Assembly (NCBI GenBank): GCA_040386275.1
Contig: JAZKFU010000005.1
Span: 7,378-71,377 of the forward strand
Direction: 5' to 3'
Length of the DNA: 64,000 bases
DNA from: Patescibacteria group bacterium
Lineage (GTDB): Bacteria > Patescibacteriota > Minisyncoccia > Phycocordibacterales > UBA918
The notes under the pieces: model-generated
The model's input: only the letters and a program-made list of their open reading frames with translations
Told to the model about the DNA's origin: nothing
The model's database searches: none
Made by a program: the position numbers and the translations under genes
Part shown: positions 48,991-59,121 of the stretch, one piece after another
Layout: each line of letters begins with the position of its first letter
How positions within the stretch are numbered: the stretch's first letter is position 1

Positions 48991-49125
48991 ATAAAATTAT
49001 ATTAGCTACTGATTCTATTTCTTAAATTAAAAAACAGATTTATATTAAAAACTTCACTCCCTCCTATAATTACTATACTCCTAAAACTACATTTGCTCCA
49101 CTACAAGAGTAGTGGAGCAAATGGA

Positions 49126-49392
49126 TTAACGCTTGAGGTTAAGCTTCTTGATCAATGCTTCGTAGGCTGCCTCATTTTTCCGTTTAAGGTATTTAAGGTG
49201 AGACCGACGATCTGCTACTAATTGAAGCAATCCGCGTCGTGAGTGAAAATCTTTTTTGTGTTTACGCAAGTGCGTAGAGAGATCTTCAATCTGTCGAGAG
49301 ATAAGGGCTACTTGCGCCTCAGGAGATCCGGTGTCAGTGTCATGACGGTGTACGGATTTGAGGACATTTTCTTTTACTCGCTTTGTTAACAT
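49126..49392 (-). CDS. rpsO: 30S ribosomal protein S15
   Basis: DTGSPEAQVA, HKKD.HSRRGL. Confidence 0.98.
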   Translation of the reverse strand: MLTKRVKENVLKSVHRHDTDTGSPEAQVALISRQIEDLSTHLRKHKKDFHSRRGLLQLVADRRSHLKYLKRKNEAAYEALIKKLNLKR

Positions 49393-49491
49393 AATGATGA
49401 ATATTAGTTACAGTCGAGTATAGATACTTCTCTAATTTTTATTGAGAATACCAGACTGCACTTTTAGTAATAACCTGCGAAGGTGAAAAAT

Positions 49492-49519
49492 ATTATAGCA
49501 TATCCTTTAAAAAATGCAA
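49492..49519 (-). promoter_or_regulatory. sigma70-type promoter of rpsO
   Basis: TTGCAT-N16-TATAAT with extended -10 TG; the leader contains a GCAGTC/GACTGT hairpin. Confidence 0.6.
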
Positions 49520-49866
49520 GATACACACAAGAGTGACACTGTATTGTCAATGCTGGGTCTTCCCCAACGCTCGTGGAACGCTTGTGTTTAAGGCGTAATT
49601 GAGAGCGTGGAATATATTTTTAAATTATAGCTGTGATGTAGTAATTATTAGTGTCGTGGAATCACGTTGGGAATGAATGCAAAAGTTACTAATCCCCGAT
49701 GACACGAATAGTTACTTACTAGTAACTCCGTGGGTAGCGCTGTGGTGACAGGCGTAACCTTGACGTTGATATTTTTTAGCGCGGTAAAAATACCACATAA
49801 GAAAAACCAAATTTAATCACCCACGACTACTTCCCGGTGGGGTGGGGCAGCAGGGGTCACTACTAA

Positions 49867-50562
49867 TTAATACACGTTGTACGAATCTTCTTCTTTGATA
49901 AGCGCGTAGTCAATGTGCTCTCCCAGTACAGACTGTGCGTAAGGTGTTTGGTCACATACAAATTTTGTGATTTCAGCCGTACTCGCCTTTTCCCATTGTT
50001 GCCAAATTTTATGTACATGGGCAAGTTCTTTTTTAGACAAAAGCCCAAGTGATTTTTTTACCGAGGCACGTGTCTCTTCAATTTCGTACATGTGATAGTC
50101 ATCGCGGTAAATTTGTTTAATGTTTATGACTCCCCCTTGCTCCATTTCTTCAAGTAATCTGAAATAAGAATCAGCCACCGGACCAAAGGCAATTTTTCGA
50201 TACGACAAATCACTTAAGCTAGTATTAGTGTGGTAGTACCAAGCAAAGTCAGTGAGGTACAGTAAATTAGCGAGCTTAGTTTTTTTAAGTGCAATCTTGC
50301 TCGCCTTTGCTTCACGTAAAAACGCGAGAATCAGTTCCCGATATTTCTCAAGATTAGGTGCTGCGGTTTGTACTAGATCATCAATCGTAATGCCAAATAA
50401 TTTTGTGAGTGTGAGGGCTTCACTGAGGGATAATTCTTTTGTCCCTTTTTCGAGGGCAACATATGAGGCGCGTGACATGTGGGTAGCTTGAGCCACTTCA
50501 GCCTGCGAAAGGTTGCGCTCTTCCCGAAGGTATTTTATAAAATCTGCGTAAGTAGTTTTCAT
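49867..50562 (-). CDS. XRE HTH + DUF4065 (Panacea/GepA-like) protein
   Basis: LREE..LSQ.EVA...SR.SY..LE.G; KTKL..LLY..DF..Y, FGPV. Confidence 0.85.
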   Translation of the reverse strand: MKTTYADFIKYLREERNLSQAEVAQATHMSRASYVALEKGTKELSLSEALTLTKLFGITIDDLVQTAAPNLEKYRELILAFLREAKASKIALKKTKLANLLYLTDFAWYYHTNTSLSDLSYRKIAFGPVADSYFRLLEEMEQGGVINIKQIYRDDYHMYEIEETRASVKKSLGLLSKKELAHVHKIWQQWEKASTAEITKFVCDQTPYAQSVLGEHIDYALIKEEDSYNVY

Positions 50563-50985
50563 GGATTGAGTATACAAGAGCTGTATATTTTTTCAACGTT
50601 AAATGTTGATAAAATTGACACCTTACTTACAGTACAATTTCATCAAAAATTGAACAATACATCTTCTTACTTTCGATATAAAAATAATTATGGGGTGCGC
50701 GAAATAATTTCGCGCACCCCATTTTATGCATTGTGTGGTTGCCGTTCAGTCTTGGTCATCGTATCAGTAACAACGTGAACGAATAGTGATTCATGTTCCG
50801 TCATGCACACACGAAACGTATGCAAGCCGAGACTGAAACTTTCTCCAACTCCCACTCCGCGATCACGAACGATGTTCAAGACCTCACTTTGTGTCAGATT
50901 GGTTTTGCCGAGCATGGAACCTCCTCCCTTCTATCGGTCGCTATCATGCCAGGTTGTCGAGCAGTTTGCAACTCCTTTGGCAGCG

Positions 50986-53415
50986 TTATGAAAGTGAAAG
51001 TTCAACAGGAGAAAAATCTTCAACACTGAGATGGATGTGTCCACCGACGGGAGTTTTTCCTTCGATAATTATTTGGGCAATTTTTTCTTCTATCAAATCT
51101 TGGATGCCGTGATTGAGTCCTCTTCCCCCGCTACGTTCGGTAAAACTTTTTTCTACAATGAGCGCTATAAGTTCTGGTGTGGTGGTCAGGTGATAACCGC
51201 GCGTGAGGACGCGGGTAGAAACATCGTTCACTAACAGCTGTGCTACTTGGGTCAAGGCTTCTTTTGGCAATGGTTCAAAAATTACGGTACTGTCAAAACG
51301 ATTTAAAAGTTCTGGTTTAAATATTCCGTTTTCAATAATGTGATTAAGAACATCTGCTTCAAGGTGCGGGGCATTAGTTCGAATGTGAGAAGTCTTAGCA
51401 ATTAAATCACTCGCTGCATTACTAGTAGCAATAATAAGCGTGTTGCGTGCATTTACCTTAATTCCCTGAGTACTAGTGAAGTACCCTTCATCAAGAATTT
51501 GTAAAAATAAATCGTGCACTGAGGAATGGGCTTTTTCGAATTCATCGAGTAATATCAAACAGTATGGATGTTCTTGTAATTTGTCGGTCAGCATACCTGT
51601 TCCATTTTCGTCACCCGTTAAATACCCCAAGGTATGGGCCCCGCTAAATTCTGACATATCAAAGCGCACCATTTTCTGTTCATCGCCAAAAAATATATGG
51701 GCTAAGGCTTTAGCAGTTTCAGTTTTTCCTACCCCCGTTGGTCCGAGGAACAAAAATGACCCCATCGGTTTATCGGTACGTTCAATATCAACGCGAGCTC
51801 GCCTCAGAGTACGGGCGATAGCTTTAACGGCTTCAGGCTGCCCCACTACGCGCATACTTAAAATTTGCTCGAGGTGTAACAACTGATCACGCTCTTGTGT
51901 CGTTATCGGTCCAAGTGGGATACCGGTTGCTTGTGATAAGAATGTTTGTACAAATGGAATTGTTATACAGACTACTCCTTGTTGTTGCGCAGATTGGGCA
52001 ATGTCGTGAATTAAGTCGATAGCTTTTTCAGGCATTAACCCTTGAGGTATGTATCGTTCGGCTCCTTCTACTACCGCCACTATCGCGTCATACGTAAAGA
52101 GAACCCCACGGCGACTTTCTTGCCGAGCTACAATCGGTTGCAGAATATTTATAGTGTCTCCAAGGGTGGTGCCTTCAAGAATTATTTGTTGGAAACGACG
52201 CATCATTGTGGTGTGGGGTTGTAGTCCGGCGTGGTAGTTATTGGCACTATCAATGCCAATGCAGTGAATGGTGGGATGTGCTAAATATGTTTCAAGAATG
52301 GTTGGTAATGAAACATCGTAGGCTAAGCACGCGTTAATCGCATCTCGTAAACGAGGAATGATGATTACTTGGGTGGCTGCCTCTCCGGCTTGGGTAAGCA
52401 TATGGTGCAGGGCTGTTTCTAATGAATTGGTATCGGGGTGCGCTGAAATTATTTTTTCAATAGAAAGAATTCTAAAACTAAGTCCCGAAAGAGCATTTAA
52501 TCCTGAACCACGAACAACGCGCGAAGCGAGTGCCGTGAGAATAGCAAGTGCCCGCGATTCATCTTCAGCAATTACCATGATATTACTGGCTTTATCAGTA
52601 GCCAACATTCGTTCCATATTTTGAATCTGTTGTATTTCCTCTGGGGTGAACCTCCGGTCACTATCATGGTTGAGGGATAGTGACTGTGAAAACCGGTCTA
52701 ATTCTGGGGCTGTGCCGGTAGAAAGTGAACGTCCAATCCCTCGATGTAACGAAAGCTGGTCACGGCTCCACCATCGGGTGCGGCGTTTGGCGCTTATGTA
52801 CCGATTTAAAACAAATTGCAGGGCTCCAAAAAACGTATCATGCTGTACCCCGTGTTCAGTAAGGAGAGTCACAAAGCTTTGATCGTGGGTATAAAGAAAC
52901 GTAGCGACATCGTAGACCGTAGTGCTCGACTGGGGAGAAAGGGTAAGGTTAACCGCCGGAATAAATATGCGATTAGAGCTGAGATAGCTTTTTATATCAC
53001 GGGCAGAAATATTGCAACGCACGAGCACCTCGGCCCCTAACGGAGAGAGACAAAATCCAGAAGTTATGTCCCCTTCGTTGCGTAAGAGTATTTGCGCTAC
53101 TTCGTGCGTGATGCCCTGGCTAGATTTGTGAGCACTGCCAATAAATGAATCAAATCCTCGATAGTAAAAACTATTATGAAAACAGTATAAAAGAATTTGT
53201 TCCAGCCATAGGGCAAAAAATACTAACGCCGACCCGAGCAGGGCTCTATCGTAGGAGCCGTTGTTGTAGTGAGCGCTTATAATAAGGCTCAGGGTGCACA
53301 CAATAAACAATATAAAAAAACTAACGCGAAACACCGTGAGACTGGTTCGACCCAGGGTGGCCTCGTAGGTAATTACAGAGCGGAAGTGCTCAAGCTCTTG
53401 ATGTATTGATTTCAT
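50986..53415 (-). CDS. Membrane-anchored ClpA/B-like AAA+ ATPase
   Basis: D2 intact (VVGQ, GPTGVGKTE.AK.LA, DMSE, LLDEFEKAH, F.PELLNR); D1 Walker motifs lost; two N-terminal TMs. Confidence 0.88.
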   Translation of the reverse strand: MKSIHQELEHFRSVITYEATLGRTSLTVFRVSFFILFIVCTLSLIISAHYNNGSYDRALLGSALVFFALWLEQILLYCFHNSFYYRGFDSFIGSAHKSSQGITHEVAQILLRNEGDITSGFCLSPLGAEVLVRCNISARDIKSYLSSNRIFIPAVNLTLSPQSSTTVYDVATFLYTHDQSFVTLLTEHGVQHDTFFGALQFVLNRYISAKRRTRWWSRDQLSLHRGIGRSLSTGTAPELDRFSQSLSLNHDSDRRFTPEEIQQIQNMERMLATDKASNIMVIAEDESRALAILTALASRVVRGSGLNALSGLSFRILSIEKIISAHPDTNSLETALHHMLTQAGEAATQVIIIPRLRDAINACLAYDVSLPTILETYLAHPTIHCIGIDSANNYHAGLQPHTTMMRRFQQIILEGTTLGDTINILQPIVARQESRRGVLFTYDAIVAVVEGAERYIPQGLMPEKAIDLIHDIAQSAQQQGVVCITIPFVQTFLSQATGIPLGPITTQERDQLLHLEQILSMRVVGQPEAVKAIARTLRRARVDIERTDKPMGSFLFLGPTGVGKTETAKALAHIFFGDEQKMVRFDMSEFSGAHTLGYLTGDENGTGMLTDKLQEHPYCLILLDEFEKAHSSVHDLFLQILDEGYFTSTQGIKVNARNTLIIATSNAASDLIAKTSHIRTNAPHLEADVLNHIIENGIFKPELLNRFDSTVIFEPLPKEALTQVAQLLVNDVSTRVLTRGYHLTTTPELIALIVEKSFTERSGGRGLNHGIQDLIEEKIAQIIIEGKTPVGGHIHLSVEDFSPVELSLS

Positions 53416-53416
53416 A

Positions 53417-53803
53417 TTAAAAAAGTAAATAGAGGCCGTAGCTAAAACAAAGTGCCACTAATATCGGAGCAATAATAAAAATAGCGTACCAGATTGCGGC
53501 CACGAGACTAAACACACTCAGACTCAGTACCCCACTAATAATAATAGTGAGTCGCGCCACAAGCCCGAGGAGTCGTGAAAGTAGATTAATGGTGAAGTAT
53601 TCCAACCATCCTTCCATGTCTAATAATTTTCCCCGTCGCTCCGTCATTCGTTTGTAGGGGGCAAATAATGAGGTGAGAAGTTGTGGAAGCGAAAAAAATT
53701 GCGTTAAAAACCACCAGAAGTTTTTATAAATCCGCACAAATGAAATCAAGGCAGTGGTGTAATGCCAGGTAAGATAATCATGAACAATGGTAAGGAAGAA
53801 CAT
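53417..53803 (-). CDS. Conserved small membrane protein
   Basis: Y..WHY, FFS...LL.SLFAP.KR, SR..G...R; 1 bp from the Clp-like gene. Confidence 0.8.
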   Translation of the reverse strand: MFFLTIVHDYLTWHYTTALISFVRIYKNFWWFLTQFFSLPQLLTSLFAPYKRMTERRGKLLDMEGWLEYFTINLLSRLLGLVARLTIIISGVLSLSVFSLVAAIWYAIFIIAPILVALCFSYGLYLLF

Positions 53804-53979
53804 AGAGTGTTATGCGTACAGTATAGCAGTCGTATTTGCAAAAAGAGTAGTCACGTGGTGAAAATTTTTTATCAGTTTAGTTTCATGTCTTTTTAAATTA
53901 AGAGAACGAAGACGTAATATACATATATATATGTATCGAAGGAAGTGATTAAAATAAACGAGTACTGTCCAAAAAATAA

Positions 53980-54097
53980 GATTGGTGTAGACGAGTGCAG
54001 TTCTAGGCAGGCAAGGAAAATAATTTGAGTCGTACTTTAGTACGGTGAAAATTATTTTACCGCAGCCTAACAACGAAATGTGCTGTATACGCCAATC
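53980..54097 (-). repeat. ERIC-like intergenic hairpin, copy F
   Basis: 118 bp; minus-strand TTTCGTTGT ... TCACCGTAC-TAAA-GTACGACTC ... GCCTAGAACTG. Confidence 0.8.
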
Positions 54098-54154
54098 ACC
54101 GTAAAAGAAAATACCACATGCAATGCATGTGGTATTTTCCTTTTACGGTGCGTA

Positions 54155-54355
54155 TTATGCGCGACGTACGTTTGTTGCAGCTGGTCCTTTCGGGCCGTCT
54201 TCAAGATCAAAAGTAATTTTGTCTCCTTCGTTCAATTCATCGTAAACATTGTCTACAACTGATTGTGCGTGGAAGAATACGTCCTTTCCTCCATCATCTG
54301 GAGTAATGAAACCGTAACCATTGTCTTTCTTCATTCGTGCAATTGTTCCTGTCAT
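54155..54355 (-). CDS. cspA: Cold-shock protein
   Basis: GYGFITPDDGGKDVFFH, GPKGPAA.NV. Confidence 0.95.
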   Translation of the reverse strand: MTGTIARMKKDNGYGFITPDDGGKDVFFHAQSVVDNVYDELNEGDKITFDLEDGPKGPAATNVRRA

Positions 54356-54653
54356 TTTATTTTTTTTATATTTTTAATACAAAACTTCACTACGCCTTAC
54401 CACTCGTTACCTTGCTTTGAGGGAGTTATTGTTTCGCTACTCTTATTAAAGCACACCATAAGGAATATAACAAGCAAATACACAACGCTAGTATTGTTGG
54501 GTTTGGGTAAGGCGATGGGTGAAATTCGGTATAGTGGACCTGCGGTAGGCCAGATTGCGCGCGGGCCTTGTTAGGAGGGGTCCTCACCGTAGTATAGAAA
54601 AAACCACTAGTTTGCCCGTGGCAGCTAGTGGTTTTTCCTTTAAAAATTGAAGT

Positions 54654-55805
54654 TTAGAGTCCAACTTCTACGTCTGAGGTAACAGAACTGTTGCTTTCAA
54701 TTGTAGTGTCGAGTAATTCGGTGCTCGTTGTGCTGTCAATTGAGGCTCCACCCTGAATCTTGGCATTCTGATCACGGTTATCTGAAGAGGTAGAACCTTC
54801 CCCGTCCCCGCGGTCAATTTTCATAGGGTCAATAGAGAAATCTATATCGGCAATAATTCCAGTATCTGGATCAATTTCCACTTGTCCCAATGTTGATAAG
54901 GTTGCTTCTACTTCTCCAGCGAGCGTAGCGGCTTTTTCAAGCGTGAGGCGTGCATCGGCTTCTGCCTGGGTTTCTGCCTGGGTCGTGAGCGTTGTGGCGG
55001 TAGTAATTTTAGCAGTTACCTCAGTGTACACAGCGGCACTTAATTTACTTTGGTGCTTCACAATTATATTTTTTAACGCTGTGGTTCGAGCTTTCATATC
55101 CGCTTGGTAGGCTGTAATTGAGTACAGGCCAGTGGCTAGATCTGAGGCGCGCATGCTCATAGATATATCTGAATTACTTTCGGACGCAATAGCGGCATCA
55201 CCGGCTTCGATGGTGGCAATGGTTGTGGTGTCACCTCCAAGTGCTAGATACGTGGTCATAGCTTTTTCGAGGCGCCAGTTAATTTCCGCGGCCACTTTCT
55301 CACTACTCTTTGCTGAGGCTTCGGTCGCTACGGCAAATTGATTACTAATAGCAGTAGAAACCTCGGTAGCTGTTTCGGCAGTCAGACGTCCCTCTGCTTG
55401 AAGCGTTTGAGCCTCCTCAATTCGTTCTTCTAATAAGGCAGTGTGAACTTTAGCTTCACTGTCGGCTGAAAAAGCAAACGCCGTTCGGATGTTTTCATTA
55501 AATTCAGTTTTTACGGGATACAGGAAGTCACCTGGTACCGCAGTTTGAGCTGCAAAGGTAGTTGATCCACCGATGACAACAGCAAGGATAAGCATTAATG
55601 GCATAAAGGAATAACGTAAAGATAATAATGAGGTACTCGCGGTTGCGGGCACTTCACTAATAAAACGACTTTCCTCCCCGCCTCTTACCGCATGAAACGA
55701 AGCGTAGGCTTGGAGATTATCGGCAATGCGTGTTCGGGCACTGTCAGACAGCTTAATATCCTTAAGCTTAGAAACGTATTCTGTTGTTTTTAATTCCGGA
55801 TTCAT
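54654..55805 (-). CDS. DUF5667-containing putative anti-sigma factor
   Basis: Single TM followed by A.PGD.LYPVK...E; overlaps the ECF sigma stop. Confidence 0.75.
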   Translation of the reverse strand: MNPELKTTEYVSKLKDIKLSDSARTRIADNLQAYASFHAVRGGEESRFISEVPATASTSLLSLRYSFMPLMLILAVVIGGSTTFAAQTAVPGDFLYPVKTEFNENIRTAFAFSADSEAKVHTALLEERIEEAQTLQAEGRLTAETATEVSTAISNQFAVATEASAKSSEKVAAEINWRLEKAMTTYLALGGDTTTIATIEAGDAAIASESNSDISMSMRASDLATGLYSITAYQADMKARTTALKNIIVKHQSKLSAAVYTEVTAKITTATTLTTQAETQAEADARLTLEKAATLAGEVEATLSTLGQVEIDPDTGIIADIDFSIDPMKIDRGDGEGSTSSDNRDQNAKIQGGASIDSTTSTELLDTTIESNSSVTSDVEVGL

Positions 55806-56299
55806 ATATGTAAAATGGTCTGCAAACGTTTGGTGGCCCGATTTATGCGAACCGATATAACATTTGCTGTTTCATCTAACAGTGTGGCAATATCTTTAGG
55901 TTCTAAACCCTCCACAAACCGTAGAACCATCACCTCCTTATCTTTTTCGTCGAGATGATCTAAGGCTTCGATAACTTCCCGATGGCTTGCGAGGATTTCA
56001 GCACTGGGGCTTTTTTCGGCCGGTGCAAACCCTTGGTCCATTTGATCATCAAGCGAGTCAGATTTTTTCTTTTTATACCAATCTTTGGCTAAGTTGTTAG
56101 CGATAGTATATAAAAGGGCTCGAGGATTCGCTACATCAGTGCCAGCTTTTAGGTAACCCCAATACCGCATAAATACCTCCTGGGTCATATCTTCAGCAAT
56201 ATCAACATTTGATACCTTAACGATACAGAAACGAAAAATCGCATCCCCATATTCGGCGAAGTGATCAGCAAACAATTTTTCTTTCCTGCTCTGTAACAT
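55802..56299 (-). CDS. ECF RNA polymerase sigma factor
   Basis: IFRFC, AED.TQE.F, LY.IA.N, LRF.EGL...IA, V.V.I.RA. Confidence 0.92.
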   Translation of the reverse strand: MLQSRKEKLFADHFAEYGDAIFRFCIVKVSNVDIAEDMTQEVFMRYWGYLKAGTDVANPRALLYTIANNLAKDWYKKKKSDSLDDQMDQGFAPAEKSPSAEILASHREVIEALDHLDEKDKEVMVLRFVEGLEPKDIATLLDETANVISVRINRATKRLQTILHI

Positions 56300-56413
56300 A
56301 AAACGATTTTATACCCATACTCTTACATTGAAAGCACGACCCTGCAAGTCTAAATGTGTGCTTTTACTCCATACATAAAAAGGTGTCCCTCGAAGGGGAC
56401 ACCGTAATTCTTT

Positions 56414-56860
56414 CTATACACAAGCAGCAATCAAGCCATGAACCATCCGTACACTGCGGAAATTGTCACCACGAAACGGAAACTGCTCAATTCTCTTCTG
56501 CGCATGTATCGTATAAATCCCCTGATCGAGATACCGGTGATGACGTTTGCAGTACCCGCGCACCGTCGCCTCGTCCTGGCGTGGAATACTCAGTATGCCC
56601 CAGGTTATTGATTCCCAGATAAGAGCGCGTGAATGAAACCCATTGTTTTGCTTTGTGCCATATGGGTACAGTTCTCGTTCGAGCCCCTCAGTAAATTCAG
56701 CGCCCTCTTTGGCTAATAAGGGAAGCACAAGATGGATATGGAGTGGCCGAGCAAAAAATGCCCGTGCCGCATCGTATGTTTCGTAGCAAGCTTCAGTTTC
56801 GCTCAATCCAACGACCAGATGGTTTGGTCGCAGTCCGAGTAGGATATTCAAAGAACTCAT
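56414..56860 (-). CDS. Hypothetical protein
   Basis: 148-aa ORF followed by hairpin GGTGTCCC-TCGAAG-GGGACACC. Confidence 0.6.
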   Translation of the reverse strand: MSSLNILLGLRPNHLVVGLSETEACYETYDAARAFFARPLHIHLVLPLLAKEGAEFTEGLERELYPYGTKQNNGFHSRALIWESITWGILSIPRQDEATVRGYCKRHHRYLDQGIYTIHAQKRIEQFPFRGDNFRSVRMVHGLIAACV

Positions 56861-57005
56861 TAGCCCCTCATGTTGGCTGTTTTTTCCGGATGGACACTAT
56901 CGCACAAACCACCTAAAGATGCAAAGCGTCTCGGTTACCGTAGTATTTACAGTACTTTGTACCTGTGTTTTACTGACTTTGACCTCTCATAAAAAGGGTT
57001 CACTG

Positions 57006-57320
57006 ATGGAGCAAGAACAAAAAGTAACGTGTGAGTGTACTTATGAATGTGTAAATATCTTTGGAGATAAGGCCAGATTTTGGGCCCGGATTGTTATTCC
57101 CCATTTTCCCCTTAATCAAGAAGACAGAGATATTTTGGTGGCTTGGCTAGCTCAACATGATGAGGTAAGTAAATGGAGTCAAGTAGAAACAGCCATGTTG
57201 CTGGAGATTCGATCTCTTACCGTAAAAGTCATCGAAGAAAATATCACCAAAGAAGAACTATTTAGAATGTATTATCTTCTCACCCAGTTTGAGTGTGTAA
57301 CCCGTATCCCCCTGCCCTAG
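57006..57320 (+). CDS. Hypothetical protein
   Basis: ORF from MEQEQK, followed by a terminator-like hairpin. Confidence 0.55.
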   Translation: MEQEQKVTCECTYECVNIFGDKARFWARIVIPHFPLNQEDRDILVAWLAQHDEVSKWSQVETAMLLEIRSLTVKVIEENITKEELFRMYYLLTQFECVTRIPLP

Positions 57321-57466
57321 CGCAGGGGTTTATTTTATAAAACACTCTTTCAATAATTGAGACCGTTTTAATTCTTGCCGATTACAATTTTTAAGCGTAT
57401 CCTTATTTCAGAATTGTTTAGCTCTCATACCACGGTAGCCTCCAAGCTACAGAAAGGAAGGTAAAA

Positions 57467-57865
57467 ATGGCACCCAAGCAAACCCAGCCGCTGTTGTTAA
57501 CGAACAAACTTACCGAGTGGCAAAACGTACCGCCGCTTAATGTGCCTCAATACCGAGGAAGACATTATATAGGGATTATGCGACAAAAACGCGGCCACCG
57601 CTTTATTTGGCGGTTTGTGCACCGAAGCGGTCATGTCATGTTTGATGGTTGGTATGATGAAGTCAGGCACTTTTCCCACCATTACGCAGCTGTCCGTCGG
57701 GGAGAAAAGTGGCATTTTATCAACCTGCATGGCAAAGTTGCCTGTCGTCACCGGTTTTTAGAAGTGGGAGAAGTCAACGAACATAAAGAAGTAGCGGTTC
57801 TTCATCCCACCTATCTTGATATCCATACGCGGCAACCTCGTTGGTTCATCTATACCCTTCCGTAG
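57467..57865 (+). CDS. WG-repeat-like small protein
   Basis: W.FV..SG...F..WYDEV..FS...AAV..GEKW.FIN..G pattern. Confidence 0.65.
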   Translation: MAPKQTQPLLLTNKLTEWQNVPPLNVPQYRGRHYIGIMRQKRGHRFIWRFVHRSGHVMFDGWYDEVRHFSHHYAAVRRGEKWHFINLHGKVACRHRFLEVGEVNEHKEVAVLHPTYLDIHTRQPRWFIYTLP

Positions 57866-57978
57866 GTACCTGCCTATGGTTTCAAACTAAAAACGCTCCC
57901 CTCATTTTTGGGTGGCGTTTTTTTAATTTAAGAATCTAAGGTTTGAATGTTGTAGGCATTATGAGTATGATGAACATT

Positions 57979-58773
57979 ATGAAAATCTACTCGTGGAATG
58001 TGAACGGCATCAGGGCGGTTTTAAAGAAAGGAGAGTTTCAGGCATTTGTGAAAAACCACAATCCGGACGTGATTTGCCTCCAGGAAACCAAAGCACAGCA
58101 AAATCAGGTCGAGATAGACCTGGGGGAGTACGAGGAATACTGGTGTTCCGCCGAGAAAAAGGGGTACTCGGGAACAGCAATCTTCAGTAAAATAACGCCA
58201 GAAAATGTGTTTTACGGTTTACCGGAACATATTTCATCCCAATATGCCCTTAAAGATAGCTATGGTGACACCACGACCGAAGGTCGTGTAACTACCGTGG
58301 AATACGAAAACTTTTACATTAGTACCGTTTATACCCCCAATGCCAAGGATGATTTGTCACGCATTGCCATGAGAAAACAGTGGGATCCAGCCTATTTGGC
58401 CTATATGAGCGAGTTAGAGGCCATGAAACCAGTAATTTACTGCGGGGATTTTAATGTGGCACATACCGAATTGGACCTAGCTCGCCCTAAGGAAAATATA
58501 GGTAAAAAAGGCTTTACGACAGAAGAGCGGGAGGGCTTTGAGGCTATGGTTACGGCTGGGTTTGTTGATACCTTTCGGCACCTCCATCCAACCGAAGCCC
58601 AGCAGTATACCTGGTGGTCCCATTTCGCCAATGCCCGAGAACGAAATATAGGCTGGCGGATAGATTACATCATGAGCTCACCTGCTTTGATTCCATTGCT
58701 AAAATCCGCCAGGATTCATCCGGAAGTATATGGCTCGGATCACTGCCCGGTTTCAGCTGAGTTTAGTTTTTAG
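57979..58773 (+). CDS. xth: Exodeoxyribonuclease III
   Basis: SWNVNGIRA, CLQETK, GYSG, GDFNVAH, GWRIDY, GSDHCPV. Confidence 0.96.
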   Translation: MKIYSWNVNGIRAVLKKGEFQAFVKNHNPDVICLQETKAQQNQVEIDLGEYEEYWCSAEKKGYSGTAIFSKITPENVFYGLPEHISSQYALKDSYGDTTTEGRVTTVEYENFYISTVYTPNAKDDLSRIAMRKQWDPAYLAYMSELEAMKPVIYCGDFNVAHTELDLARPKENIGKKGFTTEEREGFEAMVTAGFVDTFRHLHPTEAQQYTWWSHFANARERNIGWRIDYIMSSPALIPLLKSARIHPEVYGSDHCPVSAEFSF

Positions 58774-58779
58774 GAGGCA

Positions 58780-58894
58780 ACTTCCACAAATAGCACACTG
58801 CGTTGTCGTGATGCGGTAAATAATTTTCAACGTATAAAAATACGTTTCAAACTATTTTCCTTCCACTCCTAGCACTGTATCTATTTCTGAAAGT
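58780..58894 (+). repeat. ERIC-like intergenic hairpin, copy G
   Basis: 115 bp; CTGCGTTGT ... TCAACGTAT-AAAA-ATACGTTTC ... TCCTAGCACTG; 6 nt after the xth stop. Confidence 0.78.
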
Positions 58895-59086
58895 CTAGTA
58901 TTAAAAGTAAGGTAAATTAAACTAAACAAAAGCACACGATTCTCGTGAATGTCAATATCTAGTGTTCGGTGTCAAAATGACGGCTTAACTGAGCCGTTTT
59001 TTTGATGGTAAAAAATCTTTTTACTAGTTGTCTTTTATAAAGGACATTATTTTTTGAGTTATTCACATGTATCCCCGGTAATGTCC

Positions 59087-59115
59087 TTTACACTATTCTC
59101 TATAGGACATACTAT
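59087..59115 (+). promoter_or_regulatory. sigma70-type promoter overlapped by AGGACAT repeats
   Basis: TTTACA-N17-TACTAT; 12-bp IR TAAAGGACATTA (59038-49)/TAATGTCCTTTA (59079-90); third copy at ~59104. Confidence 0.55.
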
Positions 59116-59121
59116 AGTAGT

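Noticed and set aside
50479-51112. Several overlapping short ORFs between the XRE and Clp genes
   Set aside because: They conflict with one another and have no recognisable motifs. 50724-50915 may be real but cannot be supported.
54097-54150. Long near-perfect hairpin after cspA as a mobile element
   Set aside because: Single copy directly after the stop codon; adequately explained as a terminator or stabiliser.
1743-58894. ERIC-like hairpins read as integron attC sites or CRISPR repeats
   Set aside because: They are dispersed after core housekeeping genes, lack consistent RYYYAAC/GTTRRRY ends and have no regular spacers. No IntI or cas gene is in the window.
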